Source of the DNA: Microthyrium microscopicum
Lineage: Eukaryota
NCBI GenBank assembly: GCA_010405405.1
Contig: MU004237.1
Span: forward strand, 1,933,345-1,997,344
Length of the DNA stretch: 64,000 bases
Reading direction: 5' to 3'
In this document: piece by piece, positions 1 through 13,379 of the stretch
How the letters are laid out: each line of letters begins with the position of its first letter
Position numbering within the stretch: position 1 is the first letter of the stretch
Position numbers and translations under genes: made by a program
Notes under the pieces: model-generated
The model's input: the letters and a program-made list of their open reading frames with translations, nothing else
Told to the model about the DNA's origin: nothing
Database searches by the model: none

Positions 1-2435
1 ACGTTCCAGACCAAGTGACAAATGCAGAAAGGGCACTGGCCAGAGCAATCTGGCATGCGACGCCGTTTACTCCTGGACCGAGATTGTTTCCTTTGTTTCC
101 CAGCGGGATCGACTAGATCCGCCGGCTGCAGTTGCAATGGGCAGATGAGGGTATTTGTATATCAGGCGGCTTGCCAAGCTGGTTTAGAGCTTGTCCGGTT
201 TGTGAACGCGTGGATGTGCTAGAATATATTGCGAATCTCGGCAGTGGAGAAACGGTTGCCTTTTTGGTCGTTGATGAGGCTCAACACCATGGGATGAGAA
301 CATCATGACTTGGAAGATGGAGTGACTTGCGCGAGTCGCGAATAAATCCACGTTAATCGCTGGGGCATAGCAAGAGGTTGGAATCATGTTCGTGGTCATC
401 CAATACTGATTAGACTGTCATACTCTCAAATGTCAGGGGGCAAGGAAAAGGCAGAGGGCGAAAGTACAACACCACTCTCGTGATCTTCACGATACCTGTC
501 TACGGCGGGACTGCGCTGATCCGGACATCATCTCGCAGCACCAGATCCAGGAAGTCATCTGGAAGAAAGGACCGCCAAGAGCTGACAGCGTTGCGTAAAC
601 AGCATCTCAGAACCTCGTTGCCCTGTAAATAAGCACTGGCAGGGATAAAAGTCTTATTTCGGGGTCCTGTGTGTCCGATGCTGTGCACTCAAGGGATGGC
701 GGTCAACTGGAGAGGACTGGACTTATCACGAACTTGCTTTTATTCGGCGCGTGTGTGGGCGCGTGTGTCAACACCAACCGAGACCCAACCGAATAAGGCA
801 AGCTGGCGCTTCAAGGTGGTCAGCCTTCACTACGGAGTACTCGCGGACGAGGACTGCAATTTGAGGCCGCATTCTTGGCGGATCCTTTCACGATTGAGAC
901 AGTAGATGGGAGATTTGGCTGGGATCAACGACGTGCCTGGATTTGGGTGGGTTGAGCGGGCGCGCAGGCAGATCAGTACTTGTGCATTACAGGGTGCATT
1001 TGAGGTGATGAGTCGGAGTGGGAATACGGTATGAGAGGGATGATAATAAAAAAGACAGCAGATGGAATAAATTGAAGTGATAATGAAAGGCCTAAAGGAA
1101 GTATCGTGTAACATGTCAAAATCAGCACTAAAGTGATATGGAGGAGGTTGGTGTATGACCCCGTAGCGTGGGATATGGCACGCAGCAAACTATTTCACGG
1201 AAGATGCAGGCGTAAACCATGTAAATCAGGTACCAGACGCCAAAAGAAGCTTGTCTTTGGAAATGCTCCAATCTGGGTATGGTGTAAGGTACCGAGAGCG
1301 GTTTGATGGAGTACATGTACAAACCAAGCCATCTAGGAGATCTTAACTGCCATGGAACTACCCTATATGTTAGGGGTAGAGGGTTTGTACCTATTATCAG
1401 TATTATCAGAGTTAGGGAGCACTATTTACCTGCAGTAGTACTAGTTACGGAGAATACATGAGCCAATTCCAACTTCACTCCGTCCTGACTTCTGCCCCTA
1501 TTCCTTCAACACCATGCTTATCATCCGTGAGCTATCCCATCCAGCGTCCGTAGCATATATCCAAATTGCAATCAATCTATCATGGCCTCTATACTTATTG
1601 AAATTGTGCCTGGCATGAATCGGCGGCTACCTGTCCGCCGGAATACGCAGCGGCCGGAACAGGACAGCCCGCTGGTTCTCCAACATAACCGGTTTCAAGG
1701 TGCAGGTAACCTCATAGCAAAACTCGCCACTCCCCAACACTTTTTCGTCTCATCTTGTCCCTACCCGCGCACTCCAGAAACTTTGTTTCAACTTTGCCAT
1801 CCAGATACTGGTTGGCCCTCAAAGCCTCGATGCTCCTCTTCATCATATTTGTGCGCTCTCTCATAAACTCACATGCACGGGCCGGAGCTCCCACGAGGTT
1901 CGGTAGGCGTCCTATCTGCCCCTTCCATTGATTCAATGTTCTTGTTCTGCGCCTAACCATCTCCCTGATGCTTTTTGCTCTGGTTTCTTGCCGAAATACA
2001 GTCTTGGCTCGCAGCCGGGGCCTAATCCAGCCAGTGTATTATACCATCCAGGCAAACAGGGGCATGGACTTGTTCCTATTCCGAAGCCTCGTTGCTGTCT
2101 CAGAGACGTCCGTTGATGCAAGGTTCCATTATAAGGTCCATTGATCCGCCGAGAATTCTGTTTCCTTCCTCTCCTCCAACAACCTCAGTGGTCAAGTATT
2201 CTCTCATAAAGTCGCCGTTGTTTCCCGGTCTGGGCTGTTGGTTTTTGGGCTTGCCCTTTTTTGCTTCTCAACTTTCACTTGCACTTTTATAGGCCGGCCT
2301 ACTCCCACAAACACTGTACAGTATCAAGAACATAAAAGCGGTGCTTTGTGTTAGTCCCTGGTTGGACTCATTTATTTCTCGACACTCCTTTGCCGACAGC
2401 AGAAATCTATTACAATCTAATATCAATTCGACATT

Positions 2436-3565
2436 ATGCCTTCCGTGGCTTCTATCGCAAAGCTCGCCCTGATCTTGGGATCAGTGGCTCAAGTAGCAGC
2501 TCACCCAAAGTTCCTTCGTCCAAGAACGATCGAGATCAGACAAGCGCCAGCAGCACCACCAGCTGCCCCAGCACCAGGAGCACCAGCTCCAGCAGCTCCT
2601 CCAGCAGCTGGCGCAGCACCAGCACTCACTGATACTGACATCTTGCAATTGTAAGTAGCATCTAACAGATTTGGAAGTATCACAGACTAATAGCCAAAAG
2701 CGCCCTCACACTCGAGAACCTCGAGTCAACATTCTACATGCAGGGATTCCAAAAGTTCCCCGACTCTGATTTCATGGCTCTCGGCCTCACACAAGATCAA
2801 GTTGGAGCGCTCAAGATTGTCGGTCAAACTGAGGCTACACATGTCACCACATTGACATCTGCTATCTCTGCTGCCGGAGCTCAACCCGTGCAAGCATGCC
2901 AATATAACTTTGGTTTCACCACCGCTGCCAACATGGTTGCCACTGCCCGTGTTCTTGAGGCTGTCGGTATCTCTGCGTATGTTCTTCAGCCACTTGAGAC
3001 CGCGAAACATGAACTAACAGCGAGAACAGATACCTTGGAGCTGCTCCTCTAGTCAAGATGCCAGCTGTTCTTACCGCTGCCGCCGAGATTGTTACCGTCG
3101 AGGCTCGTCATCAGACCTTCATCCGAACTGCTTCCAAGGCTCTCCCAGTGCCCAACGCATTCGACTCACCTCTCGGACCACGCGCTGTCTTCACCCTTGC
3201 CAGCCAATTCATCCAATCTTGCCCACAAGGCAGCAACTTGAACATCCAAGCCTTCCCAGCTATCGCCCTCGCTGGAGGCGGAACTGGTATCGCAGCTGGC
3301 CAATCTCTCGTCCTCGCCGACCCCAACCAGCCAACTGGTGCTCAATTCTGCGCTTTCGTCAACCAAGGACAATCCATGTTCGCTCAGCTCACCTCCGGCA
3401 GCTGCACTGTACCCCAGAACATGAGCGGAGAAGTCTACATGATGGTTACACGGAGCGCAAGCATCGCTGACACTGAGATCCTCGCTGGGTAAGTTATCAT
3501 CTATGTCCTCATTATTACGAAAAGCTAACAACATCTCTAGACCTTCAGTAATCATCATGTCATAG
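2436..3565 (+). CDS. Secreted ferritin-like domain protein (Rds1/desiccation-related type), 4 exons
   Basis: Signal-peptide-like N-terminus, Ala/Pro linker, then TDTDILQFALTLENLESTFY, ETEATH-like and LEAVGISAYLGAA..VEARHQ ferritin-like motifs. Introns 2651-2700, 2977-3029 and 3489-3540 join in frame; stop TAG at 3563-3565. Confidence 0.85.
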
Positions 3566-4596
3566 GAAATTGATTTGAGCGTTGGATTGTAGTATTTATT
3601 TTTTCCTGCGAATACTTTCTCTACATGTTTTTTTCTTCAATTCTACTACACGGCATCCCCGAAATCAAAACCACACAGAACTCCCCACAAATGAAGAAGA
3701 AAATTTGACCACAAAAAAACACAAGTTCTGAACAAGGCTCCTTGATTATCGATCATTGATATCCAAACCAAATGTTGCGCCGAAGCCATTTGTTAGCAAA
3801 ATCTTCTTTTTAACTAAATTCCAATCATGTCCATAGTCACCCATACAAAAAACATTTGGAAAGATAAAAAAATGATGCTACAGTCCTTCCTTGCTCAACT
3901 CACCATAACCTTCCTCGCCTGCTTTATTTTGCTAATACGCCTCGTGATCTGTGAGCCTTTTTTTCTTATGCGTTTGTGATTTGCATATTTTGGTCTGCCA
4001 GGGGTGTGGTGTTTGAGCCACTGAAACATGATTCTCGTTCGCACTGGGAAATGCATGCGTTGAGCCTCTGTGACTGCGAGTGTCGCGTTTCGAGGGCCTG
4101 CCCTGGTTGGGCTCGGCTGATAAGATGACCGGAAAACAAAATTGGTTGCTTTGCTCGGTTGCTTGTGCGTAGGTCAGCTTTTGCTTTATTTTCCTGGGGT
4201 AAGTCTTTTGGGGGAGAAGTACGTGCGGTAGAACTGGTCGGATTGTTTTGACTGAAGGGGGGCTGCTATTACGATTGAGGCAGGTGAATTTGTTTCTTGG
4301 AGTAGTAGGGCGATCTCATGTGCGGCGTGAGGATCGTTTGGATGAGATCTCCTGCATGTGCGGAGATGGTTGTGGTGTCATTGTGTTGTGGATGTAAGGT
4401 TTCTTGACGACTGCTAGGTGATATAGTTCATCTCCATTGCAGTTGTCTTTGCTGTCTGTGAAAGTATAAAAGTATGGCATTTAGCCTACATACCGAATAT
4501 TACAATAGCGACTGACTGATAAATCGCCTGGTCAAGTTGAAGTGCATGGCACTCCGCCTTCAATATGCCCAAATCGCACTCGCTCAAGCGAATCCT

Positions 4597-6942
4597 TCAA
4601 ACAGGTTCTCGACACTCCTCGTCCCTCGACGGCGCAAAGAACTCCAAGTAATCATCCGAAAACTGTCCCATCATTCCCATTGCCTGCCCATCCCTCAACC
4701 CAGGCAAATTATGTGAAGCGCTATCCTCCCAATTCTCCTGAAACCATGATGAAGGCATGGCAGGATACGCCGATGCAGTACCATAATATCTGACATCCTC
4801 ACTCGTGGGAGTCTTATCTGACTGACTAGGCTGCTCTGCTGGCATTTGTAGATTTAACAAATTGCCCCATGCTGGCGTGTACGGCACCTTCTTCCACGTT
4901 CGTGGCTCAGCGGTCTTATCTCGCGGGCTTTCTCCACCCAGACTGCGGATGAAGTGATCGACTACACTGAACATGACGCTTGCCGGCTCATATGTCTCTG
5001 AGATTGCGTCCATACACTCGCTTAGTGTACCTAAGTGATGTAGCAGTGTTTTTTGGTCTGCTGGGTTGGCCATGGCTTCGATTTCCACGATGAGTGCTGT
5101 GGCAGCGGTGCCGAGATGTTGCATCGCGGAGACGAACGCTTGCTTGATGTCGAACTTTGCGCGGTACTGGTCGAAGATGCTGGCGGCTTGGACGGCAGAC
5201 TCGACACATACTTTGCGTGAAGATGTGGCGAAGTGGTGGAGTTGTTGCGGGTTTATGCGACGAGGACCAAACGTGTGTGAATTTTTGGGATGGGCGAGTT
5301 CGCGATGTAGTAGAATCATAGAGGTGTAGAATTGGGTGCTTAATATTCATTAGAGCCTTTGCTAAATTGTAAAATGGTGACTTACTGGAGAAGATAGAAG
5401 GAGGCAGGCGCGTCGACGGTGTTGGCCTCTGTGAATTTTAGATTGCTAGGAAGATTATCGCGCCACTCGTTGAGTTTGCGGTCCAGACCAAGGATCTCGA
5501 AGTATCTTTCGCTAAGTGGTGATACTTGGCGCAGATTATCGGCCGAGCAGAGTGGGTCAATGAGATCCATTAATCGGAGTAATTGTTCGTATACGAGTGT
5601 CTCTGGCATCTTTTCAAGCTTCGTCGTACGTGCTGCTACAGGCATCGCGCGAGTTGATATCAGCATACCGAAGTCCTTGAATAGACATGCCGGAGCAATG
5701 TCGGTCGCTTTTAGACTGGTCGGGCGACCGAGATATAGCGCCCAGTACTTGTCCTTCAATATTGCCGCCCAGAGAAGCATATGTCTGATCTGACGTTCTC
5801 TTTCTGTCATGGGAACGTCTGTCGAATCGACGTGCAGACCTATCTCAAACAAGAGACGATTTGCCATGCCAGTGAACATCCATCCAGTGTCATCTCGCCC
5901 CACGCCAGCTTCGAGGTCAGCAAGCAGCAAAAGTCCTTGAATAGAAGTAATCCCTCGCGTCTTTTCTAGCTCCAACTCTGCCATCTTCTTGGCTTTGGCG
6001 TGTAATATAGACGACATGTGTGGTTCATTGGAAGCCAGCCTTTGAATGTCGGGTCTTGTTTTATCAGCATAACGGTAGCCTTCAGCAAGCACGCACATAT
6101 GCAGGAAATTGGAATAGCAAAATGTCTTGCCTTGTTGCATGTCATCAATAAAAGCCCATTGATGGACCATGTGAAGCACCGAATTATAGCATCCCCAGTA
6201 TAGCTCTAGCAAGTAATCATGCGTAGCCGGTGCAAAATCACAGATTAGCGCCGAAATTGGCCACTGAGTGTCGTTTGTAGCTGTAGAAGATGGCGCGCCA
6301 TTATTGAAAACGAGCATGTTTGTGGTTGATCCAAAGAATCGCAGTCGGCCTGTTGAGAGATCGAATTTAACAGGTCGCGGAGTCAAGTCAACGACTGGTG
6401 TATTAGGCAGTGTACTAGGTGCCCGTGGTTGTAGCATCTTGCCTTGGTTGCTGACTTCAGTAGAATGCATGATGACTTCTCGAGTTAGTGGTGACTGATC
6501 AGGTACGTATATATCTTGAGATTCCGCATGGATTAAGGATGCTTGCGCAGGGACAGGGACTCCATTTTGAGTTTGTGGAGTATCGGAACTTTTGTGCTGT
6601 AGCATTCGCTCTAACTCTTCGATTCTGATTTTGAGATCGGCAGCTGCTGCTTTTGATGAGCCTCGACTAGATCTGTCAGTTGCAGTATCTCATCCAGTCT
6701 TTCAAGACTGTGTAGAGATAGCTTACTTCTTACGTCCATCTCTATCATCATATATACAATCTAGGCGGTTACTTCGACATTGATGGCAACTGACATCTGT
6801 TGGGCCTTTTGAACACTGTATATGTCAATCTGTGCCGTCCTCTACGCAGCGGCTTCGGACTTACTCGTATTCGACTCGAGCGACAATTGATACATGCAGT
6901 ACTCGCTCGTTTTTGATTTCGTTGCGGTCGAGTCAATTGCAT
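4597..6942 (-). CDS. Zn(II)2Cys6 transcription factor with fungal-specific TF (middle homology) domain
   Basis: Splicing (introns 6816-6864, 6673-6726, 5339-5385) gives CINCRSSRIRCSKGPTDVSCHQCRSNRLDC, a coiled coil, then GWMFTGMANRL..GLH and LYLGRP motifs. Confidence 0.9.
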
Positions 6943-7440
6943 CGTCAGCAGTACTACTCTCAAGTGTCGAAGGTTTTTGAAGAAGCTAATGGTGAATGTG
7001 CTGATTCAAAGTCTTTTGATTGACGAAATGCTCGAACTTGGATGTGGACACTTTACTTGCGTAAATTTGAGATCGTGATCGAGGTTCTTCTGGCTCATTT
7101 GCCTCTTCACCTAAGAAACTAACAAATTAGCGTATTGCGGGGCCCCGCGCATGAGTTGTCTGCTAAATGTAGCTGAAGGGAGTGTTCGTGTGGTGGACGG
7201 GAAACCTTATCCCTTCATGCTCCCAACCCCCTTTCCCAGTGGTGATAGCTTGAATCCTAAACTTCAAGCGCAGTATCCAAAAGATTTATTAAGATGTAAG
7301 CTAAAAGAGACTGCTCGAAAGTCAATAGCATGGTGGGACCTATGAGAATATTCTAAAAGGTATGCGGTAAAAAGCCAGTAAGAAACACCCACATAAAAAG
7401 TGATGGTCCGTAGCGCATTATCATTTCAACCATAAATACC

Positions 7441-9559
7441 TCAGAACCTTCCTCGATGAAGGAACCGGTTTGGCAAATAAACATGCTTTGATCGTAAATA
7501 CTCGCAAACATTCTTTCCCAAAGTATCGTAAGTGCTCGTGGAGTTGAACCCACGATCTAGATGATCTCGTAGCAAGAAATGTACTGCTCGTATACCCGGT
7601 ATCTCGAATCGCTCGACTTTGCCTCCCTTGTACTCCTCTTCCAAGAGCTCTTTGATCTTGTCAATCGACAATACGGTTCGGAGCCAGTCCCATTCGTCAT
7701 CTTTTCTCACATAGAACCCAATGTTGGCATCTGACGCTTTATCACCGGATCTACCGCCAACAATCCAACCTAAAGGTCCCCGTGTACAAGGTCCGAATTT
7801 GCTGAGGTCGATTGGATCTTTGGTATCGTAGCTTGGTTGGTCACGTTGATACTCTTCCATCTTCGCCGCGGGTTTGATATCGATAGTCTTGTTATTTTTC
7901 CATGGTAGTATCACTCGGTGCTGCACCTCAGATTGTGGAAGAAGAGTGGGATAATACTCGTAGTAGAGCTTGCCCTCCGATTGTCTCTGATCATTGCCCA
8001 AGGTCCATCCTGGGCATCCTTGAAGGCCATTGTCCATACACCATCGATTGAATCCTGGTACATCAAGCGTAGCTTTTGAGACCAGGCTTTTGTTTTGAGT
8101 TTGAACAAATACTCGTAGATCGCAAGTGGCCACGTCCTGATTACGAGGGTTATCAGGACAATATCCATTCAGAGTAAAGTTGAAACAAGATAGTTCCTTT
8201 GCCGCATCGCCAGCAGAGTATCGAATCTGCCTTTCGATCCATTCGGCCTTCGCTTCGAGATCCAAGCCACAGATGAACACATGGAATTCCGCCTGATAAC
8301 CACCAACAGCAGTTAATCCGACTTTGGTGGTCCTTGGTGGAGGGCGACCTTTGACACCAGCAACTTTGACGCGATCTTCTCCAACTTGAGTCATAACGAT
8401 CCCTTCTAGCAAAGCAGTGACATCAGAGCCATAGTAAAGCGGACCCTGAATTTCGTAGAGCAGCTGAGATGCTACTGTCCCAACGGATACCTATGTGGAA
8501 ATTAGTTCGATCCATAATGATGGGAAACTGATGGAAATAGGCTCACTTCTCCACCAGTACCGTTAGCTTCTTTTGTAATAACACAACTTCCGTCTTCATA
8601 TAGTTCTGCAATGGGGAAGCCAAGATTCTCACACTGTTCAATAAGTCGTTTGAAGCCAGAAAAGTAGCCGCCTGAGAGTGTCAGTCACGCCTTGTAAGGG
8701 ATAGAGAAGAGATCAGTACCTGTGACATATGCAGCACATTCAATGAGATGTCCACAAATAAGAGATCCGGCGATTTGATCAAAATCAACTTCTTTATCCC
8801 ATCCATGCCACCACATTCCAGCTAAAACGTACGTCAGGAAATGGGCATAATCGTTCCTTCACAAAGAACTCACCTCCGACTGAAGGAGCTGCATCAGCAA
8901 CGCGACCACATATAACGATGTCCGCGCCAGCTCGAAGAGCTTCAGCTATTCCTGCGCCACCTAGATAGCACCTTTCTAGTGAGTGCAAGCGTGGTTAAAT
9001 TGGGAGATTTGACATACTGAGCATATATTGGCGTAAACCCCCAATCTTTGAGTTCAATGCCGTCCATCAGACTAACAAACTTCTCCCCCTGTTTAATCAA
9101 TTGATTCACTCTCTCCGTCACCTCGTCTCCTTCAACATACGCCACTTTGAGATCGAGTCCCAACCTTTTCACCTCCGCTTCAACCGTTTCCGCGAGAAGC
9201 TTCGTGTCTGAGGCGCCAGCATTGACAGCAACTTTGATGCCTTTAGTCTGGATATCGTGTAGAGCTGGCGATAAATTATCGATGAAGGTGGGATCGAACA
9301 AGCCAATGGGTTCCTCCATGAGCTTGCCTGCAGCTCGTAGCTTCTCATTGTCAACCTTTTGAGCTCCATGCAATGTCATTGTGCATTCTGATAGCCAGTC
9401 ACCAACGATGACATCGATGTCCAGCTTGGCCAGAGAGCTGATCGCGCGTTGGCGGTCAGAGAAGCCGCCTGAAGCACCGGCAATGCGTACAGGTCGTTTC
9501 TGATGCCCATTGCTTGCACCATTGGAGTGTCCATTCGATGGTCCGTTTGCTGTCGCCAT
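7441..9559 (-). CDS. AtuA-like / DUF1446 (acyclic terpene utilization family) protein, multi-exon
   Basis: Motifs RIAGASGGFSDR, GDWLSE, YLGGAGIAEALRAGADIVICGRVADA, GHLIECAAYVTG and C-terminal GRSGDKASDANIG...DTLGKN. About four short introns between 8490 and 9016. Confidence 0.88.
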
Positions 9560-9807
9560 GGCTGTGCCTGCAACGCTTTGGTAAAATTCAAGATAGTATC
9601 AGTGAACTGTAAATGGGTATGCCTGGAATCGCATCCAGATGCATTGCTGGCTAGAAAGGCCAGCAGAAATAGCCGCCATTGTACAACTTATTCCCATACT
9701 CTTTTCGGCATGTTCCAGCCGCTGCAACCAACCAACAATGGTCTCAACCAAAGAACATCGCGAATGGTGGTGAACAAGTTGGAGCTTTCGCGACGCGTCC
9801 GGAAGTC

Positions 9808-10560
9808 CGGGAAGTGTGGGCCTGTTATCTCAGCCAATCAGACGCCGCCAAGATCTTCCGCTGGCTGCGAGCTGGCGAGCGTCTGAGGACAACTGGGAAA
9901 ATTAACTAGTGATCCGCTTCGTGGTTTTGCCTTTTTGATAATAAACGAGTTAAGCCACCAAAACAAAGCTTTTAGTCAAAAATCTATACTATTTAATCCC
10001 TAGAGTAAGAATTCGTCTTTCTTATAATAGAATTTCTATTATGTGGCGACTAAATTGACGAAATTGAAGTGATCCTCTTAAGGTATGCAAAACCATCAGA
10101 CGCCTTCGTTTTACTATAAGGCGACCTTTAACAAGAGATAACGAAGCAGCGAATAAGCTGCACCTCTTTATAAGATATCCATTTAAAAGAGGAAAGTCTA
10201 GGCTACATAATGTGTGTAACCGTTTAGAAAGAAACCTTTATTTGAAGTCGTAATCATAGTTTAAAGTTTTCGAAAAGGTAAACTTCATCATCAAATATCT
10301 TAATAACGAAAAGTGTCAGCAAAGCCAAAGAATATACGTTATGAAGGCCAGTTTCTAAGCTTTTTTAAGAAGTAAAAAAATTTTTATAAGAATAAGAATT
10401 GAAGGTACAGGATTAATTTGAAAACAGTAAGTCTTTGCTAACAAACAGGAAACCGATCGCTACTAAAAGGTCCGAGTTATCCTTAGACCCTCCTGCGGAG
10501 GGGAGCCTGCGAGCAGGCAGGATGGTCTGATTGGCTGAGATAATGGGCCTGTGCTTTTCC
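9808..10560. mobile_element. Degenerate non-autonomous element (MITE/MULE-like) with about 120-bp imperfect terminal inverted repeats and AT-rich core
   Basis: 9825-9843 TTATCTCAGCCAATCAGAC is the exact reverse complement of 10525-10543. Similarity continues inward (9877-9928 vs reverse complement of 10441-10492) and outward with mostly transition mismatches. Core 9930-10440 is AT/TpA-rich. No TSD identified; ends approximate. Confidence 0.55.
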
Positions 10561-10997
10561 TCCAACTCAACTTCCACTCCTACTTTTTGCACGGATTTGA
10601 AGACACACTCCTGATCTTATGATGAGTGAGATGTGCATACAGGGGCCTATTTGATCTCATGTTCATTTGAACTAAACATATATTGGCCAGTGGCTGCGGT
10701 TGGAGCGGCAATGGCGGAGGGTGACTCCATCCACTGCTAAAGACCTCCAACTCCACTGAAGCGTAGAGTACCAGACATGGAAATACAAGGCCGGTAAGTG
10801 CGAAGTATGTTAGGGAATCAAACCTCAATTCGCAGTGATTTCGGCTCCAACTGCAGGCAACTTACTTTCCATACTCCACAACATACACTGTGACGTTGAT
10901 AATCACTCATCTCATTAAGCGGAAGCCTATAGCTCAAAACTTTCAAGCCTTGGACACTATCGAACTTCCACTCATCAGATCTTGACATAGGATCGAA

Positions 10998-11747
10998 ATG
11001 TCTCTAAAGGACAAAGTCATCGTTATCACTGGCGCCGCAAGCGGTATGGGACTGGAAACCGCCAGACTCCTGGCTTCCACTGGTGCCAAAGTTTCCATGG
11101 CGGACGTTCAAGAAGGTCCACTCAAGGAAGCCGCCGCAGAAATTGAGAAAGCTGGGGGCACAGTGATGGCAACAGTCGTGGATGTCCGCAATCGTCAACA
11201 AGTCGAATCCTGGATCAAGGCCACAGCAGAGAAATTCGGCAAGCTTGACGGTGCCGCAAATCTCGCTGGTGTCATTGGCAAAGGAATCAACATGACCCCC
11301 ATACAAGATATCGATGATGACGACTGGGACTTTGTCATGGGAGTCAACACCAAAGGACTGCTGAATTGTATGCGGGCCCAAGTACCCTACTTCAATGATA
11401 ACGGATCCATTGTCAACGCGGCCAGTGTTTCTGGGGTTATTGGATCACCGCGGAATGCCTCTTATGTAGCGTCGAAGCACGCGGTTGTAGGCTTGACGAA
11501 GGTTGTCGCCAAAGAACTTGGCCCTCGACAGATTCGATGCAACTGTTTCTGCCCTGGATTAATTGACACTCCTATGGCGAGGCAAAGTGCTGCTATTCGA
11601 GGCTCGAAAATGCCTACCGATCATATGGCTTTGAGGCGCCAGGGAGAGGCATCAGAGGTTGCAAATTTGATTGAATTTCTGCTCTCCTCCAAATCGTCTT
11701 TTATCACTGGAACAACACAAATGATCGATGGAGGATGGGTTTGCTAG
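10998..11747 (+). CDS. Classical short-chain dehydrogenase/reductase (SDR), intronless
   Basis: TGAASGMG nucleotide-binding motif, NLAGV, YVASK catalytic motif, CPGLIDT, IDGG. Confidence 0.93.
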   Translation: MSLKDKVIVITGAASGMGLETARLLASTGAKVSMADVQEGPLKEAAAEIEKAGGTVMATVVDVRNRQQVESWIKATAEKFGKLDGAANLAGVIGKGINMTPIQDIDDDDWDFVMGVNTKGLLNCMRAQVPYFNDNGSIVNAASVSGVIGSPRNASYVASKHAVVGLTKVVAKELGPRQIRCNCFCPGLIDTPMARQSAAIRGSKMPTDHMALRRQGEASEVANLIEFLLSSKSSFITGTTQMIDGGWVC

Positions 11748-12189
11748 TCGCAGATAGGAAATGTTATTTGATTAGCATTATGATTTTGCTATTATATGAC
11801 TTCATCTGGACGCTAGACAGGTGCTTTTCCGAGTTGCGACTTGATTCTAATTATCAAAGCCGGCGGAAGCCATGTGAGCTGCTGGTTACTGAAGCAGTCT
11901 TAGAGACTACTGTTGCCTGACTGACCTGGAAATGTATTTTCCGAGTCTTTTGCAACAGAACTGTTTGACCAGCGTGGCCATGTTGTCCCCAGGCGAATGA
12001 CTTTGGGGGTTGTCATGGGTCCATTTGTATACCGAGTATCACGGCTGTGCTTCGCCGGACTATACACCAGTAGACATGATTTCTTAGTCGCGATTGTCTC
12101 TAGAATATAAGTGACAATACTAACAACCTCCAGAACATTTGATTTCCGGATCATAATATTACAATATTGCGACTTCCTCCGTCTTCAAA

Positions 12190-12673
12190 ATGATTAACAC
12201 AGAGTCTCTCGTCAGAGTAACTGTACACGTCAACCGAAAACCTGGAACAACAGAAGATGAATTCAACAAATACTGGTCATACAACCACGGACCGTTGGCA
12301 CTCGACTGGCTCACCCGTAATGGAGTCATAAAATATACACAGGTACGAAATATTCATAAAAGTCCTATCCAAAGTCAAGATCTGACGCATCCGATTTCCA
12401 TAGTTCCATACACCTTCTGAATGGAAAGCTCACGGGAAGAAAATGAGCGACGCTACAGGACGACCCATGTTTGCTTTCGACGGCTCAGCGGATTTCTACG
12501 TCCGAAAGTATGAAGATTTTGAAGCTTGTTTCTTGGATCCACATTACGAGAAGGTCATCAAGCCTGATGAGCAAAAGTTGATTGATATGGAGACCATTGC
12601 GGTGACGATTGGATATGAGTATGTTATGATTGAGGATGGAAAAGCGTTTACAGCACATGAAAGAACAGTCTAG
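12190..12673 (+). CDS. EthD-domain protein (dimeric alpha/beta barrel)
   Basis: RKPGTTEDEFNKYWSYNHGPL...YTQFH...FDG...DPHYEKVIKPDEQKLID; intron 12343-12403 joins the two listed ORFs in frame. Confidence 0.85.
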
Positions 12674-13379
12674 AAATCGTATTCAGTAAAAGACGGCTGG
12701 CATTGGAAATGTAGAGACCAGCAATGCTTCCTACTAAGTTCTTTCTGAGCTCCACTTTACCCCATATTTTGAAAGATGAAACTTGACGGCTAATGCTGTC
12801 ACCAAATGTGGAGTGCATGTTTTCTGTGGGGTGCATATTTCCGTGCCGTAGAGCCATGAGGCAGGATGTTGAGAAATGGATATATCAAGACAATTCGGAT
12901 TCGCATTCACCTGCTACTGAAGTAGGCATGAGCCCACTAAATAGAAGTCGAGATGGTAGGTTGTGTGTCAGTTGGTCTCTTATTTATGTCTCAAAAAGAC
13001 ATGCACTATATACTACAATTACAACTTATTTATACAGGCCAAATACAGAGCCCCGTCTCCCATTACTTTTGAATATGGTAAGCGCTTCTAACACGCTAAA
13101 TAGACCGCTAATAACGCTGAGAAAAGTTCTTTCGGAATGGTGAAATGAGAAAATGCAACAGTTTAGTAGTTTCGGTGCCTTGGGTGGTGAAGTGGGAGAG
13201 AGGAGGAAATCTCCTCATTTTGCCGTTGGATTCATCGATGTGACAACTTTGTGTGGCGATGTGATTGGAGGGACGGGCGAATTGTCAGCGCGGCAATGTT
13301 GCTACGCTGGTTTGGGGAGGGTCGTGGAAAGCAAGGCAGCCTCTGTCGAGTGATTAAGGGAAGGATTATGATGTGGTGA

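Noticed and set aside
22..2300. Many 60-95 aa ORFs upstream of the ferritin-like gene
   Set aside because: No recognisable motifs or coherent splice structure; treated as intergenic.
2544..2625. GCACCAGCA-type repeat
   Set aside because: Simply encodes the Ala/Pro linker of the ferritin-like protein.
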